A DNA stretch of 64,000 nucleotides from the NCBI GenBank assembly GCA_050299315.1, contig JBNKVS010000002.1, forward strand, positions 18,974 to 82,973. The letters run 5' to 3'. A program made the translations under genes and the position numbers. Each line of letters starts with the position of its first letter. Positions within the stretch are counted from its first letter, which is position 1. Origin of the DNA: Polyangiaceae bacterium. Lineage in GTDB: Bacteria > Myxococcota_A > Polyangia > Polyangiales > Polyangiaceae. This document shows positions 1 through 9,194 of this stretch, piece after piece. Under the pieces are notes generated by a model that was not told where the DNA came from, ran no database searches, and saw only the letters and a program-made list of their open reading frames with translations.

Positions 1-159
1 CCGGTGCGACTGTGTTTCTTGCGCGCAACGCGTGGCATCTCGAAAGGGCGCAGAAGGACTACCCCGACTTGAAGTTCCTCGAGGTGAAGGAACATTCGCC
101 CGCATGACGCAGAGTGCCGCACGCGGCATACGCAGCCTGACGAGGGCGAGGCGCCAAGG

Positions 160-618
160 GTGCTCGCAACCGAAGAGCTGCGCAGCGGCCTACCCCTCGA
201 AAGTCCCCTCGCGGACACCAACGCGAGCGAAATGCTGCCTGAACGAAATCTCAAAAGATGGTTGCGTCAAAGCCGACGAGCCAGCAACCTGGCAGGCGAA
301 AACCCAGGCGTACCGAAAGGCGAAGCGGGAATGAACAGCACCAGCTCAGCGGAAAGCGAGACCCAAGTCGTTCTGCTCAAGAAGAGTCAAGGCAGCGTTT
401 GGACGGAGGTGGGACGCACCAGCCTGTGCCCCACGGTGCGCTGGCTCGCAGAACGCTTTGGTGAGGGTCAGTATGAAATGCGTTTGCGTCACGGCAACCG
501 CGTGCTGTGCATGGCCAATGCAGAAGCAGTGCATGAAGAGGGCGGCCCCGCGCACATGGGGAGCCGCCCGGGGCTCTCGGTGCCCAGCGGCGAACAGCTG
601 AATCTGCCCGGTACCTGA
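160..618 (+). CDS. hypothetical small protein (start uncertain: GTG 160 or ATG 331)
   Basis: Only ORF in the first 1 kb whose translation looks protein-like (..VVLLKKSQGSVWTEVGRTSLCPTVRWLAERFGEGQYEMRLRHGNRVLCMANAEAV..). No recognisable domain. Many A/T-ending codons (GAA, CAA, AAA, AGT), so GC3 is weaker than in neighbouring genes. Confidence 0.25.
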   Translation: MLATEELRSGLPLESPLADTNASEMLPERNLKRWLRQSRRASNLAGENPGVPKGEAGMNSTSSAESETQVVLLKKSQGSVWTEVGRTSLCPTVRWLAERFGEGQYEMRLRHGNRVLCMANAEAVHEEGGPAHMGSRPGLSVPSGEQLNLPGT

Positions 619-1017
619 CCGCCGACGCACCCCCGGGGGTAAGTGGTCCGCGCCGCGAAGCGGCGGCGCGTTGGATGCGCTGGTCGCGCAGGAGCGTCGG
701 ATCGCTGGAGCACTCTCCGTGCAGGGCCGCGCCGCGGGGGGGCAGTCTGTCGTCGTCGAGCAAGCTGCCGAGCGCGGTAGCGACCATCGCCTTTCCCCCG
801 CGGGGGAGCGGAGCGCTCCCTGCAGGCGCGTCGACGGCGGCTCGGAAGGCGCCGCGCTTCTTGCGGCACGCCCGAATCCGCGCCGCGAACGCGGCCGGGC
901 GCTCCGCGAGCCAGCCAGGGGCGCCCGCGAACCCGCCCCGCGAAGAAGCGCCCAAGCGCTCCGCGAACCGACAGCGGAACACGCCCAGCCGGCGCCGCGC
1001 CCCCCGGGGGTGGCTCT

Positions 1018-2640
1018 CTACCAGGAGCTCGCCTGCTTCTGGTACTTGACGTGGTCGACGAGGAACTCGCCTTCCTGAAACTGCGCGGGCGTGAGCTCAC
1101 GGATGCCTTCCGACGACATCTCCAGGACGCGCGTCGCCACCTGAGACACCATTTGGCGGTCGTGCGTCACGAAGATGCAAGTGCCCTCGTACTTCGCAAG
1201 GGCCTCCGTAAGCGACCGAATCGCCTCGAGATCGAGGTGGTTCGTCGGCTCGTCCAACAGCAAGACGTTGTTCTTGAGCAGCATCAAACGAGCCAAGAGC
1301 AGGCGCACCGTCTCGCCCCCGGAGAGCACCTCGGTGGGCTTCATCGGCTCGTCCTTCGTGAAGAGTAGCCGCCCGAAGAGCGCTCGGAGGTTCTCTTCGT
1401 CGGTGTCCTCGTTCCAGCTCCACAGCCACTCGTGAGCGCTCTGCTTGGTGCGCTCGATGAGCTCCGAGTGATCTTGTGGCATGTAGCCGACGGAAGCCTC
1501 GTACCCCCAGTCGAGCGAGCCCACATCCGGCTCGGTCTCGCCCTTGATGATTCGCAACAGGCTCGTCTTTCCGATCCCGTTCTTGCCGACGAGCGCGATG
1601 CGATCTCCGCGGAAAACAGCCAAGTTGAAGTCCGAACAGATCCTCGTTTCTCCGAAGCTCTTCGAGACTCGCTCCATGTTGAGCACTTGCTTGCCGCTCT
1701 GGCGCTTGAGCTCGAACCGAATGAAGGGACGCTGGATGTTCGAACGCTTGAGATCGTGAAGCGCCTGCTTCTCGCGGTTTACCTGCTTCTCCCGGCTTTT
1801 GACCTGGCTGGCACGAGAGCCGGCGCGAAACCTCTGAACGAAGTCCTGGAGCTGATCGATGCGACGCTTGCGCGCCTCGTTGGCGAGCTCGAGGGAGCCT
1901 CGTGCTTCCGCCTTGGCGGTGACCATATCGTCGTAGTTGCCGTTGTAGACGATGATCGTTTCGTAGTCGATGTCCGCGATCTTGGTGCACACCTCGTTGA
2001 GAAAGTGGCGGTCGTGGCTGATCACCACGAGGGCACCGCTGAACTGGAGCAGGAACTCCTCCAACCAGCGAATGCTGGCAATGTCGAGGGCGTTCGTGGG
2101 CTCGTCCAACAACAAGGCGTCGGGGCTGCCGAACAGGGCCTGCGCCAACAGCACGCGCACCTTGTCGCCCCCTTGAAGAACGGAGAGCGGTTGCCCGTGA
2201 TATTGCGCCTCGATACCCAGGCCCTCGAGCAGCGCGGTCGCTTCCGCTTCGGCCGTGTAGCCATCCTCCTCCGCGATCACGACCTCCAACTCGCCGAGGC
2301 GCACGCCGTCGGCCTCGGTCAAATCGTCACCCTTCTCCAGCAGGGTGTCCTTCTCGCTCATCGCCTTCCACAGCGCGTCGTTGCCCATGAGAACGACCTC
2401 GAGCACTCCGTACTCGTCGAAGACGGTGTGGTCCTGCCGAAGGATGCCGAACCGCCGCGGCAGGCTGACGCTGCCCGCCATGGGGTCGAGCTCCTTCGAA
2501 ATGATCTTCATGAACGTGGATTTGCCCGCGCCATTCGGCCCGGTGAGCCCGTACCGCTCGCCGGCATTGAATGTCACGGTGACCCCGTCGAAGAGCATGC
2601 GGGACCCAAAATTCATCGTGACGTCGTTGACTGAAATCAT
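1018..2640 (-). CDS. ybiT: ABC-F family ATPase, YbiT-like (tandem ABC cassettes, no membrane domain)
   Basis: Two Walker A motifs (GPNGAGKST, GKNGIGKTS), two ABC signatures (LQGGDKVR, LSGGETVR), two Walker B motifs (LLLDEPTN), and an ISHDRHFLN / NIQRPFIRFE linker that matches my recollection of E. coli YbiT. ATG at 2640 chosen because the 132 upstream codons of the 672-aa track ORF are Arg-rich junk. Confidence 0.9.
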   Translation of the reverse strand: MISVNDVTMNFGSRMLFDGVTVTFNAGERYGLTGPNGAGKSTFMKIISKELDPMAGSVSLPRRFGILRQDHTVFDEYGVLEVVLMGNDALWKAMSEKDTLLEKGDDLTEADGVRLGELEVVIAEEDGYTAEAEATALLEGLGIEAQYHGQPLSVLQGGDKVRVLLAQALFGSPDALLLDEPTNALDIASIRWLEEFLLQFSGALVVISHDRHFLNEVCTKIADIDYETIIVYNGNYDDMVTAKAEARGSLELANEARKRRIDQLQDFVQRFRAGSRASQVKSREKQVNREKQALHDLKRSNIQRPFIRFELKRQSGKQVLNMERVSKSFGETRICSDFNLAVFRGDRIALVGKNGIGKTSLLRIIKGETEPDVGSLDWGYEASVGYMPQDHSELIERTKQSAHEWLWSWNEDTDEENLRALFGRLLFTKDEPMKPTEVLSGGETVRLLLARLMLLKNNVLLLDEPTNHLDLEAIRSLTEALAKYEGTCIFVTHDRQMVSQVATRVLEMSSEGIRELTPAQFQEGEFLVDHVKYQKQASSW

Positions 2641-3047
2641 CGCTTTCGCTCCAATCCGACCCCCGTGGGGTGAATGCTCGGGCCCTTCCGAAGAAACGGT
2701 GTGGCCGCCGTAACTGATCCGTGCCCGGTTCTGCCGACCGACGCGGCGCTCGCCCGCCGCGAGCCGTCGTGCTCGATACGGTCGCCTTGGGCGGGCAGCA
2801 CTCTTCGCCGCGGCGCGGCCGGCGCTCGTTTGCCGGCGGCCTCTCTCGGGTTCTCGGGCCACCCTCCGTAGCCGCTTCGCCTCGCAGAGCACCCGACGAG
2901 AATGGCGACTACCTCGCCGCCGCCCCCTAGAGTAACGCGACACGGGGCGCGACGCCGCCTCGGTACGGATTCGTTGCGCCGCCCGATCGGCCCAAAGCCG
3001 GCGCCCGGACGGGAGAAGGCGCTCCCCACCCGACAAGCTGGCGCGAG

Positions 3048-3103
3048 GGCAGCGCGGCCGGAGGCCACGGCAGCGCGGCCGGAGGCCACGGCAGCGCGGC
3101 CGG
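3048..3103. repeat. 21-bp tandem repeat, about 2.7 copies (GGCAGCGCGGCCGGAGGCCAC)
   Basis: Two perfect copies at 3048-3068 and 3069-3089, then a 14-nt partial third copy at 3090-3103. Lies in a 1.4-kb region with no convincing CDS. Confidence 0.9.
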
Positions 3104-3874
3104 CGCCGAACGGCCCTGGAACCGCATCACCCGAGCAGCGCCGCGTGCTGCGGGCGATTCGGCGACCGAGGAGCGCCCCGCGATGCCCCGCGGCCCTGGC
3201 TGCGATCGCGAAAGTTCGAGCGAGCCGGCGCGCCCCGGCGGGCTTCCCCCCCCACCTCCGCCGGAGCCCCGCCCCGCGGTTGCCTCTCGCCTCCCCCGCA
3301 CTCCGGCGCGAAGCACACGCCACGACCTCGTGCGAAACGCTCCGACCCAGGGAACCCGACGTCGCCGGCGCGTGAGCGGCGAGAGCCCGCGCGGCGCTCG
3401 CTGCCGCCGACAACGGCACGCCGGGCATCGATTCTCGCGCCCCGCCTGATGCTCGATCGCACGGCAGCCCGTTTCGTCGGCGACCGTGTGCGACGGAAGC
3501 GCGGGCTCCGCTTCCCCGGCGCGTGGACGGGGCTCGCAGCGCCTCGCCCGCGCGTGACGGGGCAAAGGGGACCGCAGCGCTGGCCGCGCACGCGGCAGCG
3601 GCTCCCCGACCGCCTCTCCGAAGCGAGCGCTCGCCACACGCGGGTTGGCTCCCCGCTCCTGCTGGATGCAACACGGCGCGCTCCGCTGCCGATGGGCAGG
3701 CCAACTTCGATTCACGCGGGGAAAGGCGTTTCATTGTACTCCAAGCCGCCTTGCCACCGACGAGTTTTCGCTCACGCGCACCGAAGCCCGACCCCACGCA
3801 ACCACACTGCGCGCACGGAGACTCCTGCCACGCACCGTGGCGGCGAGGGAGCCGTCCGCATACCTCGAAACCAG

Positions 3875-3890
3875 TGGCCGTGAAATTGCA
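3875..3890 (+). promoter_or_regulatory. candidate sigma54 (-24/-12) promoter TGGCCGTGAAATTGCA
   Basis: GG at 3876-3877 and GC at 3888-3889 have exactly the consensus spacing of TGGCACG-N4-TTGCW, and the -12 box TTGCA is perfect. Lies about 190 nt upstream of the ATG at 4078 on the same strand. Confidence 0.35.
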
Positions 3891-4077
3891 AAGCGCATCG
3901 CGTTCGCATTCACGTGGATTCGACCGAATGGGAAGCCTGAAGCCAGACTGCATTCTCGAGCGGAGCACAAGCGCCCCATTGCAGCACGGAAGGCCCACTT
4001 TTCTCGCTGTTTTCGGGCAAAAGCCTCAACCCGCCGTCAAGTCGCCCGTTCGCCACCCTCAGGGGGAAGTCGAGACG

Positions 4078-4602
4078 ATGATCAACCAACCAAGACCCGG
4101 CACACGTCAAACCAAGAGCAGCACGGCGACTCGCTTGGGAGCTGCCTGCATCGGGTCATTGACTTGGTGGGCCGCGGCAGGCTGTGCGGCACCCCTCTCG
4201 GAGGCGAGCTCCGGTCGAAGCGCTTCTGCCGCGACGGCGCTGCGGTCGAGCAAAGCGACGACCAACGAGCGCTCCTCGCGGACGCGGGCTCGCGTCGCAC
4301 GACTGGACGCGCGCACCGTCGCGACGGCGGTGCGCCCGCACCATGGCTCGTTCACGACGTGCCAGCGATTCGCTCCGGACACCTCTGGCTCCGGAACGGG
4401 GTCAATCACGGTCGGGTGGCTGGTTAAACCGACGGGGGACATCGAGTCCACGCGCGTGGAGCGCTCTACCTACAACGACGGAGCCATCGAAGATTGCGTG
4501 CTTTCCGTGGCTCGCCAGGTCGAGTTTCCCGCCTCCGAGGCCGCCTCCGAGATTGCTTGGACGGTTCATTTTCGGCACGATCCGCGGCTCGCTGGGCGCT
4601 GA
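4078..4602 (+). CDS. lipoprotein with TonB-C-like / AgmX-PglI-type C-terminal domain
   Basis: ATG preceded by GGGGAAG. N-terminal basic region plus hydrophobic stretch ending in a lipobox-like LTWWAAAGC. C-terminal about 90 aa (..FTTCQRF..GSITVGWLVKPTGDIESTRVERSTYNDGAIEDCVLSVARQVEFPAS..) fits the TonB_C/AgmX-PglI tail pattern. Confidence 0.6.
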   Translation: MINQPRPGTRQTKSSTATRLGAACIGSLTWWAAAGCAAPLSEASSGRSASAATALRSSKATTNERSSRTRARVARLDARTVATAVRPHHGSFTTCQRFAPDTSGSGTGSITVGWLVKPTGDIESTRVERSTYNDGAIEDCVLSVARQVEFPASEAASEIAWTVHFRHDPRLAGR

Positions 4603-4737
4603 CGGGAGGCACCGCCGGATCCGAAACGCGTGGCGTGTGCGGCTGGATGTGGCGCGCGTGCAGCCCGCCTCCAGGAGTGCGGCGGCACCCGCGACAATGA
4701 TTTCCCAGCCCGCGGCAAAATGCTCTAAGCATTAGCT

Positions 4738-5241
4738 GTGGTCAGCGAAGCGAGCTTCAAGCGTACCCTGGGCCAGTGGCCGAGCGGGGTCTGCATCGTG
4801 ACCTCGCGCGGGTCCGATGGTCACGCCGGAATGACCGTTTCGGCCTTCATCAGCGTGTCGCTGGAGCCCCCGCTGGTCGGCGTCTGCCTCGACAACCGCT
4901 CGCATACCCTGCGCGCCATCAAGGAAGTGTCGCGCTTTGGCGTCAACATCTTGTCGGAGCAACAGGCGCAGCTGAGCAACCTGTTCGCCGTGACGGGCAA
5001 CGAAGCGACCCGCTTCGATGGGTTGGTGCTGCGCACCGTGCCGGGGGCGGAAAGCCCCTTGATCGAGGGGGCAGCCGCACACATCGACTGCGAAATTTTC
5101 GCGATGCACTTGGCGGGTGATCACACGCTGTGCATCGGAAGGCTCCGGTTCGCGGACAGCTCCGAGAGCCGCCCCCTGCTATTCCACAAAGGGGCCTACC
5201 ATCAACTGGCGCCGCTGGGCGGTGGCGAGGCCGGTTCGTGA
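4738..5241 (+). CDS. flavin reductase family protein (NAD(P)H-flavin oxidoreductase, RutF/HpaC-like)
   Basis: GTG start. FKRTLGQWPSGVCIVTS..GMTVSAFISVSLEPPLVGVCL..FGVNILSEQQ..F is the typical Flavin_Reduct domain pattern. Confidence 0.85.
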   Translation: MVSEASFKRTLGQWPSGVCIVTSRGSDGHAGMTVSAFISVSLEPPLVGVCLDNRSHTLRAIKEVSRFGVNILSEQQAQLSNLFAVTGNEATRFDGLVLRTVPGAESPLIEGAAAHIDCEIFAMHLAGDHTLCIGRLRFADSSESRPLLFHKGAYHQLAPLGGGEAGS

Positions 5242-5281
5242 CGGCTGTGGGTCTCCGGTCTAGACTCTGCACATCGGTTTT

Positions 5282-5938
5282 GTGGGCGAACTGAAGATAA
5301 AGCACGGGGACAAGATGTACCGCCTGGCCCAGCGGCAAACCTTGGTCGGGCGTTCGCAGCGGTGCATGATCGTTCTCGAGAGCCACCTCGCTTCGCGCGA
5401 GCATTGCATCCTCGAGCGCTCCGGCGCGACCATCACGCTCATCGAGTTGGGCAGCAAGAACGGCACCTGGGTCAATGAGCAGCGGGTGACGCGCCGCCGG
5501 CAGCTGGCGGTGGGCGACAAGATCCGCATCGGAAGCGACCACCTCGAGGTCGTGGAGAACGTCGTGCTGAACAGCACGTACCGCCGCCCGCAGGCGGAAA
5601 CGCAAAGAATGCCGCGCAGCCCGGCCGACTCCGACTCCGACGAGGATGCGTCGACGGCCACGGTCGACCACGCCTCCGTCCTCGACCTGGCCGAAGTGCT
5701 GCTGGAAACGGCCGGGAACCCCGAACAGCGGCCGCAAACGACGCGCGTCATCCTCGCCGCGGTGGACGAGCTGTTGGACCACGCAGGGCTCACCCAGCCG
5801 TATCTGATGGCGGCCGAACAGCATCGCCTGCTCACCCTCGCCGACCGAGTTGCCGCCTGGTGGGACGACGGCTCGCTCGACGGCTGGCGGGCAGCGCTCG
5901 ACTCGCGCGTGGCCGCGGCCTGCAAGCCCCGCCCCTGA
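5282..5938 (+). CDS. FHA domain-containing protein
   Basis: N-terminal FHA core: LVGRSQRCMIVLESHLASREHCILE..LIELGSKNGTWVNEQRV..LAVGDKIRIG. Acidic linker and helical C-terminal region. Confidence 0.8.
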   Translation: MGELKIKHGDKMYRLAQRQTLVGRSQRCMIVLESHLASREHCILERSGATITLIELGSKNGTWVNEQRVTRRRQLAVGDKIRIGSDHLEVVENVVLNSTYRRPQAETQRMPRSPADSDSDEDASTATVDHASVLDLAEVLLETAGNPEQRPQTTRVILAAVDELLDHAGLTQPYLMAAEQHRLLTLADRVAAWWDDGSLDGWRAALDSRVAAACKPRP

Positions 5939-6448
5939 CGCGCGCTCTCGGCTCGCCCGGACCGCGGTCTGCGGCGAGCCGCGCCGATCGCCTGGCCATC
6001 GGCCCGCGCGAAATACGGGGGGGCGCAGCGCCCCCCCGGTCCCCTCGGAACGAAGGCAGACGCCTCTGGATCGGGCGCCTCCGCCCTGTTGGACCCGGTC
6101 CCGGCTGGCTCGGGAGCTCGCCTCCACGGCTGCGCTTCGGACCTCACGGCGCGACCCGGAAGCGGCTGAATCGGCGCCGTCGGCGGTTCGTCGAGAACCG
6201 ACTCGAGGAGTTGCCTGCCGAGTCGAATCGACGCGTGTCAGGCGGCGTCGCAGCGCCCGCGCTCGAGCCGAGAAGGCTCCCCCGCGGAGGCGACCGGCCC
6301 GTGATCGCGGCTGCGAGGACGGGGGCCTGTCGAGCGTTTCGCCGCGGCACCTCGGAGCCGCGGGAGAGCTTCCCCGGCCCTGGCTCGACCCACCACGGGA
6401 TCCGCAAGCGACCAGCGGCGCCGCCTGCCCCGAACGGGGTGGACCGAC

Positions 6449-6823
6449 TCAGGCCTGGTTGCCGCGCTCCAGCAGCTCGCTGACGGCTCGGCGCATGGCG
6501 GACGAGGCCTCGTCGCTGAGTGACTCGAAGCCGGCTCCGCACACCCCCCGCGCCTGGTGCTTCACCGTGACGAGCGCTCGAAAGGGCTTCGACTCGGGCG
6601 TGGTGAGGCGAAGCTCGAAGGAGCTACCTGGCTCGTATCGATCGATGGGGGCCTCCATCAACAGCCCAACGCCTCCGAGGCTCAAATCCACGATCTGGCA
6701 GCGCGTGAAGACCGCCCCTTCGCAAACCTCGGCGACGATATCATAATCCACCGCAGGCCGTACTCGAACGTGAAGCCTTCGCTCCGCGCGCTGCGCCGGC
6801 GGCGATTGTTCATTGTGCTGCAC
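6449..6823 (-). CDS. PilZ domain protein (c-di-GMP receptor)
   Basis: Canonical RxxxR (RLHVR) and DxSxxG (DLSLGG) motifs. GTG at 6823 chosen because GC3 of the upstream 50 codons of the track ORF (to 6973) is only about half, i.e. non-coding-like. Confidence 0.7.
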   Translation of the reverse strand: MQHNEQSPPAQRAERRLHVRVRPAVDYDIVAEVCEGAVFTRCQIVDLSLGGVGLLMEAPIDRYEPGSSFELRLTTPESKPFRALVTVKHQARGVCGAGFESLSDEASSAMRRAVSELLERGNQA

Positions 6824-7252
6824 TCGTGAAAGCGTAGCAGACGCAGCTTGCTCAGGCCCCGACCAAAACGTTTCACGAAAGCTCTGCGCTTCGCTTTGAT
6901 AAACGAGAGGTTGGCTGGCGATGCGGCGCGCACTGTGCGCGCTCCGAGCAGCCCACCCTCCCCGTGCGAGCACACTGCCCCACAGCCGCGCCGTTCGCCG
7001 CTGGAGCTGACGGCCCTAGCCCGCCCTAGCGCGGATTTCTCACGATCGCAGGACCGAGGGTGCGAGGAGGAAGTGGATTCTCAGTCCAGATGCCCGCCGG
7101 GGCGCGCCCAGGCAGTCTTGCTGTCTGCCCCGCACGCGCTGGCGGGCAGTTGGGCGAAAAGACACGACTCATCGCACCCTCGGGACCGGGTCGTGAGAAA
7201 TCCGGGCCAGGCTTTGGCGCTCGCCCGAACGTTTGCGGCGCGCTCCCGGGCT

Positions 7253-8482
7253 TCACTCCCCGAGAAAGGCTCTCACTTCGTCGCGCCGGGTCAGCGCATC
7301 GCGACGCCCCAGCTCGATCACCTGCTCCGCGAACCCCCCGTCGAAGAGGATGTACGTGGCCCAGTCCGAGCTGCCCTCCTCCGCCGCTCCGCGTAGCAAG
7401 CGGCGAGCCACCACGCCGATGTCGAACTTCCTCAGGTTGTCCCGCAGGTACCGCGATGCCAGAGCGGCGATATCCTGCGACGGGACGAAGACGAGGGTGT
7501 CGATATGGCGATAGGTGGCGCCCCGCCGCTTGATCATGACGCGATCCAACTCGGCTCGCGATTCTCCCAGCAACCCTCGCTGATGAACGTCGACCAAATC
7601 GTTGATGCGCGCCAGAATTTGCAGATCGTACGCCAGCGGGTCGAGCAAGAGGGCGTTGAGCACCTTGCCCACGAGAAATGCCAACGACGGAAAGGTCGCC
7701 AGAGCCGCCCCCGTCACGGGGAGCCGGGGCTCGATGTACGTGGTCGATACGATGACCAGCCGCCGCGCTCCCGCCCGGATCACCGGGGCGATCGGCGTGT
7801 TGAAGCGCAAGCCGCCGTCACAATAGAATTCCTCCCCCACGCGGCGCGCGGGAAACACCAGGGGAATGGCGGTCGACGCCAGCACGTGCTCCAGCGTGAT
7901 GTTCTCCCGAGAAGCATGCCTGCGCGGATCCTTGGAAGGCTTGTAGCTCGCCCCCTCGGAAAGCTCGTAGAAGAGCTTCGTCTTGCCTGTCGCCACCTGC
8001 AGGGCGGCGATGAACAAGCCCTGCAGGTGGCCTCGCGCGATGTTCTCGTGGGCGCGCTCGAAATCGACGGCGTCCCGCACCAGGTCCTCCAGGGGCCCCG
8101 GGTTGAGCAGAGAAGCGCCAAACCGTTGGTCGCCCCGAGAAGGTGCCGCCGCTCCCCGAAACAGCTGGCGCGTGAAGGTCAACAGCTGAGGGCTGAAGAT
8201 CTTGGAGAACTGCATGCTGGTCCACGCACGGACGAGCTCCTCGAGGTTGAGCTTGGGGACGTGTGCGTTCGCAGCGATGTAGGCCGCGTTGATGGCTCCG
8301 ACGGAGGCCCCCGCTGCCAGCCCGAATGGCGAGGAATGCGAGTGGGGACCCAGCGCCTCCAAGATTCCATACAAGACGCCGACTTCGTACGCACCTCGAA
8401 CGCCTCCGCCAGACAGCACCAGGCCCGTGTGGCCGTGCGCCGGGGACGCGAGTTGAGACGAATATTCGTGCGCCTTGTTCAC
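7253..8482 (-). CDS. patatin-like phospholipase
   Basis: Oxyanion/glycine-rich GLVLSGGGVRGAYEVGVL, nucleophile elbow GASVGAINAA, catalytic Asp region CDGGLRFNTP. GTG 8482 preferred over ATG 8608 on GC3 grounds (start uncertain). Confidence 0.85.
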   Translation of the reverse strand: MNKAHEYSSQLASPAHGHTGLVLSGGGVRGAYEVGVLYGILEALGPHSHSSPFGLAAGASVGAINAAYIAANAHVPKLNLEELVRAWTSMQFSKIFSPQLLTFTRQLFRGAAAPSRGDQRFGASLLNPGPLEDLVRDAVDFERAHENIARGHLQGLFIAALQVATGKTKLFYELSEGASYKPSKDPRRHASRENITLEHVLASTAIPLVFPARRVGEEFYCDGGLRFNTPIAPVIRAGARRLVIVSTTYIEPRLPVTGAALATFPSLAFLVGKVLNALLLDPLAYDLQILARINDLVDVHQRGLLGESRAELDRVMIKRRGATYRHIDTLVFVPSQDIAALASRYLRDNLRKFDIGVVARRLLRGAAEEGSSDWATYILFDGGFAEQVIELGRRDALTRRDEVRAFLGE

Positions 8483-8635
8483 TCCACCATCCAGTGTAGC
8501 CCAATTGTTGGCAACCGCCCGACCTGGAGCGCGTGGCCGGACAATCTTGCGTTTTGGCCAGCCCGCTTCGGTTCCCCCGGGCGCGGAGCTCGCTCCGGGG
8601 TCCCGCACGCCGAAGCGGGCCGGGTCAGCCCGCCG

Positions 8636-9055
8636 TCAGTCGGTTGGCGCCCCGGACAACGCATCTTCGAGCGCTTGCCAGGGCAGTGTGACGCAGGCAA
8701 CTCGGGAAGGCGCGCTCCGGACGCCGAGCAGGGGCTCGAGCAGGGTCGCCGGGGTCGCCGCGCCGGGCGCCTGGCACCCGGCCCGCAACGCCGCGCTTTC
8801 GCGTCGGGATTCATCGACCGAGAGCCCCCGGCAGACGAGCGTGAGCAGTGACCCCGATGCCCTACATAACGCACACCCTCTAGCCAAGCAGCACACCTCG
8901 CGCACGCACCCTCCCTCGACGCGCAGCGTGACGACCACGTCGTCTCCGCACAGCGGGTTGTGAGCTTCGGCTCGGTGGGTGCAGGGCTCGAGCACACGCG
9001 CGTTGTGGGGAGCGCGATGGTGCTCGAGCACTACATCTGGATACAGATCTTCCAT
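8636..9055 (-). CDS. sufU: SufU/IscU-type Fe-S cluster assembly sulfur-acceptor scaffold
   Basis: LYPDVVLEHHRAPHN, NPLCGDDV, GCALCRASGS and RVACVTLPWQALEDAL line up with the three Cys motifs and C-terminal helix of B. subtilis SufU. GAGG lies 8 nt upstream of the ATG. Confidence 0.8.
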   Translation of the reverse strand: MEDLYPDVVLEHHRAPHNARVLEPCTHRAEAHNPLCGDDVVVTLRVEGGCVREVCCLARGCALCRASGSLLTLVCRGLSVDESRRESAALRAGCQAPGAATPATLLEPLLGVRSAPSRVACVTLPWQALEDALSGAPTD

Positions 9056-9194
9056 GGCGAAACCTCGGGCGCTGCGCCCCTGCTCGTCCGTCGCGGGCCT
9101 GCGGCAACCGACGCGCCGGATGGGCTTGGGTCGCGAACATCGAAGTCGACCCGCGCCCCCTTGCCCACGTCGTCTGGCGTCGGCCCCGGGAGAT

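Noticed and set aside
3048-3103. Possible CRISPR-like repeat
   Set aside because: The copies are directly adjacent with no spacers, and there are only 2.7 units. It is a simple tandem duplication, and no cas genes are in the window.
2637-3998. 453-aa minus-strand ORF whose TGA overlaps the ybiT ATG (ATGA), suggesting an upstream coupled gene
   Set aside because: The translation is Arg/Ala/Gly/Pro-rich with no hydrophobic core pattern. GC3 at its 3' end is only about bulk G+C. The ATGA arises automatically from ATG followed by an A (Met-Ile). Treated as a shadow ORF.
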